Source of the DNA: Candidatus Heimdallarchaeota archaeon
GTDB lineage: Archaea > Asgardarchaeota > Heimdallarchaeia > Heimdallarchaeales > Heimdallarchaeaceae
Assembly: GCA_018238545.1 (NCBI GenBank)
Contig: JABCTC010000054.1
Coordinates: 1 to 20,485, forward strand
Reading direction: 5' to 3'
DNA length: 20,485 bases
Part shown: piece after piece, positions 15,290 to 20,485 of the stretch
Numbering within the stretch: the first letter of the stretch is position 1
How the letters are laid out: each line of letters starts with the position of its first letter
Notes under the pieces: generated by a model
Database searches by the model: none
What the model was told of the DNA's origin: nothing
Seen by the model: only the letters and a program-made list of their open reading frames with translations
Translations under genes and position numbers: made by a program

Positions 15290-16390
15290 ATGGAGATAGT
15301 TCAACTTCCAATAAACAAAATAAGTCCAAGTCCCTTCCAACCTAGAGAAACATTTGATAAAGATGCAATAGAAGAATTAGCAGCTTCAATTAAGGAATTT
15401 GATCTTCTTAATCCTATATTAGTTAGATCAACTGGTGACGATAGTTACCAGATTGTTGCTGGTGAAAGAAGATGGAGAGCTGCCCAATTTGCAGGTTTAA
15501 GCAATATTTATGCTATTGTAAAAGATATAGATGAAAGTAGACAACGTGTTGAATCTTTAATAGAAAACATTCATCGAAAAGATCTTTACATGATTGAAAA
15601 AGGACGAGGAGTTTTGGAAATATTTAGAGCAGAAGGTATAATACAAAGTCCAAAAAGTTTAGCAAATATTATTAATAGTATTGAAAGGAAGAAATCTAAA
15701 AATCTTTCACTTATTCCAACAGAAGATAGAATTGATGAGATTTGCCAGAAAATTCATATCAAATCTAACACCATCAGGCTTTGGTTAGAAGCTGCTTCAG
15801 TTAGTGAGGATATCATCAGTGAGGAATTCTCAAAACCTGAAGAAGATAGGATTCCTGAAAGAATTTTATCAAGATTATCTACAATTGCAGATCCTGATTT
15901 ACAAAGGAAAACTTATTCTAAAATAGTCAATCAAGACATGGGTAAAGACGAAGCTAGTAAGTTTGTTTCTCAAATTAAAAAAGTTCCTAGGGCTGAACAA
16001 GAAGCCATCTTGACTACTGGAATCCCAATAGAAGTAATAGGAGATGCAAAAGAAGGCTACAGTATTGAAATTCCTAAAGAGGAAATTGAATCTGTGAAGA
16101 AGGCAGTTGAAGTTGGCAAAAAGAAAGCAGCTGCAATACTAACCAAACCCATAATTGAAGAAAGAGGAAAACATCGAAGGAATCAACAGGCTCATAGTAA
16201 ACTTCTTGATTTACTTGACGATCTCTTCTGTCCTTGGTGTGGTAAACCCGCTTCTACTCATCTTCGTTGGACCTGTCATTCCGATGAAACTTTAGCTGAG
16301 GCAAAAGAACAAGCTAAAGAAAACTATTCTGAAGCGAATAAACGAGAAGAAGTTGATTCTCGATTTATGAAGAAGAAGAAGAAAAAATGA
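15290..16390 (+). CDS. parB: ParB/RepB/Spo0J family protein with C-terminal CxxC...CH putative zinc finger
   Basis: PSPFQPRETF...ELAASIKE...LLNPILVR...YQIVAGERRWRAA...LIENIHRKDL (ParB N-terminal CTPase motifs). Confidence 0.92.
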   Translation: MEIVQLPINKISPSPFQPRETFDKDAIEELAASIKEFDLLNPILVRSTGDDSYQIVAGERRWRAAQFAGLSNIYAIVKDIDESRQRVESLIENIHRKDLYMIEKGRGVLEIFRAEGIIQSPKSLANIINSIERKKSKNLSLIPTEDRIDEICQKIHIKSNTIRLWLEAASVSEDIISEEFSKPEEDRIPERILSRLSTIADPDLQRKTYSKIVNQDMGKDEASKFVSQIKKVPRAEQEAILTTGIPIEVIGDAKEGYSIEIPKEEIESVKKAVEVGKKKAAAILTKPIIEERGKHRRNQQAHSKLLDLLDDLFCPWCGKPASTHLRWTCHSDETLAEAKEQAKENYSEANKREEVDSRFMKKKKKK

Positions 16391-16474
16391 TTTATTCCTA
16401 TTCTTTCTTTTTATTTTATTTCTTGATGTTAATAGCTAATCTCTTAAATACATTTTAGAAGATTTAGCTTTGAT

Positions 16475-17683
16475 ATGGTTGAAATCAAAGCGGTTTACGG
16501 TGCCACTTGGTGTCCTGGATGTGCAAGATTAATAGCTTACCTAGATGAACAAAAGGTAACCTATAAGTGGATTAACATAGACGCTAACCCAGAAGCTCTA
16601 AAAATTGTTGAAAGAATTAACGATGGTAAGAAACGTGTTCCCACGGTTGAGTTTACAGATGGATCTTTTATGGTACATCCAACTCAAGAGGAAATTGCTA
16701 AAAAAATTGGTTTAATCAAAGATATGGGTTTAGATTTTCATGATTTAATTATTATTGGAGGAGGATTAGCTGGTTTAAATTGCGCTTTACATGCAGCAAG
16801 AGAAGGACATGACATCGTCGTAGTCGAAAAAAGCGGAATAGGAAGCCCTAACGCATATATTGAGGTTCTAGATGATTATCCAGGGTTTATTGACGCAATA
16901 GACGGAGTAGAGCTAACAAAAAGATTTTCCAAACAAGCAAAAGCAATTGGTGTTGAATTCCTTACATCCACGGAAGTAGTTGATATCCTCTTCAGAGGTT
17001 CTCATCTCATGATTAGAACTACAGCTGGAAGAACTATTGGTGGTAAGGCAGTTTTGTCCGCAACTGGCAGAAAATATAGAATGCTTCACATTCCTGGTGA
17101 AAAAGAATTACTTGGATATAGCGTTCATTATTGTGCAACTTGCGATGGAGTATTCTATAAAGACAAAGAAATAGTGATTATTGGTGGTGGAGTAAAGGCT
17201 CACGAAGATGCTATCTTTCTTTCTCGTTTTGCTAGCAAAGTTACGATAGTAGGTAGATCTGATGTTTGGAAAGCTCCCTATGAATTGAGGCGTTTAGTTT
17301 CAGAAAAAGAGAATATCAAGTTGATAAAAAACCATGAAGCTATAGAATTCGTATATAAGGATAAACACGTTCTTAGTGGCATTAAATTCTATGACAAAAA
17401 ATTGGATAAAGAAGTTATGTTCAAGGCTGAAGGAGTTTTTGTTTCAATAGGTTATACACCCGATGTCGATTTTGCAGTTGGGTTGTTTAACTATAATGAT
17501 GATGGTTTCATTGAAACCAATACGAATTTGATGACAAAAACTCCTGGTTTATTCGCTGCTGGAGACTGTAGAACATGCTGTACTCATCAACCAATTTTAG
17601 CTGCGGGTGATGGAATTGCGGCTGCGGTTATAATCCACGAATATCTATTAAATAAGAAGAAGGAACAAGGATTGAAGGTTTAA
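16475..17683 (+). CDS. trxB: Glutaredoxin/NrdH-like domain fused to a thioredoxin reductase-like flavoprotein
   Basis: N-terminal WCPGC...VPTV; GGGLAG FAD motif, ATG, HYCATCDG active site, FAAGD. Confidence 0.88.
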   Translation: MVEIKAVYGATWCPGCARLIAYLDEQKVTYKWINIDANPEALKIVERINDGKKRVPTVEFTDGSFMVHPTQEEIAKKIGLIKDMGLDFHDLIIIGGGLAGLNCALHAAREGHDIVVVEKSGIGSPNAYIEVLDDYPGFIDAIDGVELTKRFSKQAKAIGVEFLTSTEVVDILFRGSHLMIRTTAGRTIGGKAVLSATGRKYRMLHIPGEKELLGYSVHYCATCDGVFYKDKEIVIIGGGVKAHEDAIFLSRFASKVTIVGRSDVWKAPYELRRLVSEKENIKLIKNHEAIEFVYKDKHVLSGIKFYDKKLDKEVMFKAEGVFVSIGYTPDVDFAVGLFNYNDDGFIETNTNLMTKTPGLFAAGDCRTCCTHQPILAAGDGIAAAVIIHEYLLNKKKEQGLKV

Positions 17684-17744
17684 CAACACATAAATTATTA
17701 CTTTCCTTGAGAATATTCATATATTATTAAGAATTGAGTAAAAT

Positions 17745-19742
17745 GTGGAATCCAATTGTTCTCCCCATTCTAAATTAAAAGAAGTACATTTTTCAAAAAT
17801 TACTATTACTGATAAATTCTGGAAAACAAGACAAGAAACAAATCGAAACTCAGCTATTTTACATCAATGGGAGCAATTAGAAAAATCCAAAACAATTGAT
17901 AATTTTAGGTATGTTTCCGGAGAAAAGGAAGGATATAGAACTGGATATATTTACACTGATTCTGATTCACATAAATGGGCGGAGGCTGCTTCTTTAATTC
18001 TAATTAATTTTAAATCTAAAAAGCTTGAAAAATTAGTTGAAGATTATTTTAACTTAATTAGTAAAGTGCAAGAAAATGATGGTTATATTTTTACTTACAA
18101 TCAATTTCACTTTCCAGAACAAAGGTGGATAAATTTCCAAATTGAGCATGAGCTTTACTCATTAGGACATCTAATAGAAGCTACGTGTGCTTATTACTCA
18201 GCGACTGGAAATGGAAAAATACTTGAAATTGGAGAAAAAGCTGCTACGCTTGTAGTTAATGATTTATCAGATTTCAAAGCCAAACATACTCCTGGACATC
18301 CTGAAATTGAAATAGCTTTAATCAAACTTTTTAGAATAACAAAAAAGAAGTTATATCTAGAATTAGCAGAAAAAATACTTGAAGAAAGAGGTAGAATGAA
18401 ATTCTTTGCTTTACAAATTCTTAAGGAGAATTTTTCACAATCAAAACGAACAAAAATAGTAGAAAAACAGAGAAAAGCAGCGTTTACTGATAGATTGGTT
18501 GATGAAACAAAGGTTATGTCGGATTTATCAAAAGATGGCCCTCCTGGTCTATTTATAAGAACTTATTTACAATTTCTGTCTGGTAAGTACTTCCAACAGA
18601 ATGTACCCATAAGAAAACTATACAAACCAATTGGTCATGGCGTAAGATGGGGATATCTTGCAACTTCTATTACGATGTTATACCAAGAAACGGGAGATGA
18701 AAGTTTACTAAATACTCTCGAGGAATCATGGGATCATATGGTTTGTAGAAGAATGTATGTAACAGGGGGAATAGGATCTTTACCTTTGTTGGAAGGATTT
18801 GGAAGAGACTATGAGTTGAACAATAAATATGCATATAATGAGACTTGTGCCGCCATAAGTTCAATCTTTTGGAGTTGGGAAATGCTTCTTGCAACAGGCC
18901 AAGCCAAGTACGCCGATTTGATTGAATGGCAATTGTATAACGCCTTTTTGGTTGGGATGTCAACAGATGGAAAAAGCTACTTCTATAGAAATCCGCTAGA
19001 AACCAGAGGAAATTTTGAAAGAAAATCCTGGTACAAAACCGCTTGTTGCCCCTCAAATATATCTAGAACTTTAGCTAAGTTAGGTCAATATATCTATTCA
19101 ATTAATGATTTCACTCTGTGGATACATCAGTATATAGGCAGCTCTTTCAATTATGATTCAAAAGATGGGAAAACAATTTCTGTATCAATGAAATCTGAAT
19201 TTCCTTGGAAGGGGAGTGTCAAAATAACTATAGAGAATGGATCGGAGAAGAAATTTGCTATCAAATTAAGAATTCCTAGTTGGACAAGAAAAGCAATAAT
19301 ACTTGTTAATGGAAAAGAAGAAACTATCCCTAAATTCTGTGAGCTAGACGAGAGCACAGCTTCTGGATACTCTCCATACGATTCCTATTATCTTCCAGTA
19401 GAATTAGAAACAGGGAAATCTGAGATTGAAATGAGTCTGCCAATGGAAACTTTCCTAAGAAAATCTGATAGAAAGGTAAAATGCAATCGAGGGAAAATCG
19501 CTCTAACTAGGGGACCTTTAGTGTATTGTTTTGAAAGCACAGATAATCTAGATTTGAATGTCCCGGATTCTAAAATGAAATCAAGTATGGTTATCAAACA
19601 GTTAATTTCTGATACAGAAGAGAAATTAGTAACTTTAAGAGCAGAAGAGCCAAGCGGAAAGATTCTGAAAGCAATCCCATACTTTAGCTGGGGGAATAGA
19701 GGAAAATCAGCTATGCAGGTATGGATTGACTATGAAGAATAA
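17745..19742 (+). CDS. GH127 family glycoside hydrolase (beta-L-arabinofuranosidase-like)
   Basis: HELY, GHPEIE, GHGVR, MYVTGGIG, YNETCA, YFYRNPL, ACCPSN, RGPLVYC, IPYFSWGNRG motifs. Confidence 0.93.
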   Translation: MESNCSPHSKLKEVHFSKITITDKFWKTRQETNRNSAILHQWEQLEKSKTIDNFRYVSGEKEGYRTGYIYTDSDSHKWAEAASLILINFKSKKLEKLVEDYFNLISKVQENDGYIFTYNQFHFPEQRWINFQIEHELYSLGHLIEATCAYYSATGNGKILEIGEKAATLVVNDLSDFKAKHTPGHPEIEIALIKLFRITKKKLYLELAEKILEERGRMKFFALQILKENFSQSKRTKIVEKQRKAAFTDRLVDETKVMSDLSKDGPPGLFIRTYLQFLSGKYFQQNVPIRKLYKPIGHGVRWGYLATSITMLYQETGDESLLNTLEESWDHMVCRRMYVTGGIGSLPLLEGFGRDYELNNKYAYNETCAAISSIFWSWEMLLATGQAKYADLIEWQLYNAFLVGMSTDGKSYFYRNPLETRGNFERKSWYKTACCPSNISRTLAKLGQYIYSINDFTLWIHQYIGSSFNYDSKDGKTISVSMKSEFPWKGSVKITIENGSEKKFAIKLRIPSWTRKAIILVNGKEETIPKFCELDESTASGYSPYDSYYLPVELETGKSEIEMSLPMETFLRKSDRKVKCNRGKIALTRGPLVYCFESTDNLDLNVPDSKMKSSMVIKQLISDTEEKLVTLRAEEPSGKILKAIPYFSWGNRGKSAMQVWIDYEE

Positions 19743-19805
19743 TTACAGGAAACTTCATGGTTAACTTTAAAAGAAAAATTCCATAATAGGTTGAAAGTGA
19801 TTTTT

Positions 19806-20197
19806 ATGAAAAAGAAAATAATTATCTTAATATTAATGATACTCAGTTTTTTGATTCCAACTGCTATCAAAGGTTTAGAATTAAGTGATAACAGTGTCAC
19901 TATTTTAAACAACAAACCAACATATAGAAGCAGTTCCCTTAATGTTCTTTCTGACCATGGAGAGATTTCTATACTTTTTGATAGTGATTTTGGTCCTTCA
20001 AAATACAATTTCAATGGATCTGGTACTATTGGAGATCTTATCGAATTGAGAACTTCAATATAACAGTTACAGCAGAATATGCGATAATCATTAGAAATTC
20101 CAATGTGTATTTTGTTATACAAAATTGCTATATTGATGGCAACAGTGGTGGTATAACAGTTGTTAACGCTGCTTCGGGAGCCGTTAGCAACAGCTGA
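19806..20197 (+). pseudogene. Frameshifted and truncated secreted right-handed beta-helix (NosD/pectin-lyase-like) protein
   Basis: Signal peptide, then H..I.I..D.DF...GSGTIGD; restoring one base at about 20037 gives GD[P]YRIENFNITVTAEYAIIIRNSNVYFVIQNCYIDGNSGGITVVNAASG, which runs into the inverted repeat at 20181. Confidence 0.7.
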
Positions 20198-20485
20198 TTA
20201 AAATCTTATTCAATCTTGCCAGAAGTCTCTGAGTTGTCCCTCATTGCATGTTGAGGTGGTGGTGGTTAATATCTCTCCAATTTTCTCCCATTTTTCTACG
20301 AGTTTATATAGGAAAGTGCTGATATATGGGTAGTGCTTGGCGAAAACTCGCCATATTTATGGTTCGCAAGTGTTTGAACACTTGTCCCTCAGTTAATAAA
20401 GTTTGAACCATACAGCACGATGCGCAATGGCAGGAATGTTGTCGGAGTAAATGCGCACTCCCTCCCTCCCTTCCTTCCCCAATCA
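20181..20485 (-). mobile_element. Opposite end of the same IS-like element family (inverted repeat 20181-20221) with a probably decayed 3' ORF
   Basis: IR match to 81-120; interrupts a gene; higher GC than the flank; a minus-strand frame with internal stops ends ...KLVEKWEKIGEIL...GQLRDFWQD* inside the IR (stop at 20210-20212). Confidence 0.55.

Noticed and set aside
1051-19597. Other overlapping ORFs from the track (1051, 4533, 7087, 7172, 7299, 8190, 10993, 13228, 14682, 18670, 19151, 19388)
   Set aside because: Antisense or out-of-frame shadows of well-supported genes, with no recognisable motifs.
19730-20122. 130-aa minus-strand ORF
   Set aside because: Antisense to the beta-helix pseudogene, which has a signal peptide and family motifs.
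81-20221. Single 20-kb transposon with TG...CA termini defined by the inverted repeats
   Set aside because: No target-site duplication (TTCTGTTTTT vs GAAGTCTCTG), no transposase or integrase inside, and the gene truncation at 20181 fits an element extending outward.
20338-20384. Hairpins TGGCGA-AAAC-TCGCCA and CAAGTGTT-TG-AACACTTG as a structured ncRNA
   Set aside because: Short stems within the presumed IS remnant with no recognisable RNA family; an Rfam or covariation search would be needed.
1-20485. CRISPR array, tRNA or rRNA genes
   Set aside because: No regularly spaced direct repeats and no GC-rich cloverleaf or rRNA-like segments were seen.

Overview
AT-rich archaeal DNA (TBP gene, BRE-TATA promoters, GGTGA/GAGGTG ribosome-binding sites, oligo-T terminators). 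The gene content is most consistent with an Asgard (Heimdallarchaeia-like) archaeon, which is an inference. The window is bounded by the two different ends of one IS-like element (about 40-bp imperfect inverted repeats at 81-120 and 20181-20221); the right end truncates a frameshifted secreted beta-helix gene. Two repeated, apparently uncharacterised modules dominate. (1) Three divergent cassettes pair five paralogous winged-helix regulators with five small proteins (34-87 aa, one missed by the ORF track) that share a C-terminal G-[TAS]-hydrophobic tail; each of the three divergent promoters carries the same 17-bp operator-like palindrome TTCTC-N7-(G/A)AGAA. (2) A duplicated pair of a secreted 'FDPPGG' beta-sandwich protein and a double Lrp-like HTH regulator lies on both sides of a signal-peptide-bearing caspase-family protease, with a shared GGTAAATTTAYC palindrome. 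Also present: tandem GNAT, FTR1 iron permease, a somewhat divergent TBP, two small Zn-binding proteins, a coiled-coil/wHTH protein, a ParA-less ParB operon, a glutaredoxin-thioredoxin reductase fusion with an altered NADPH site, and a GH127 glycosidase.
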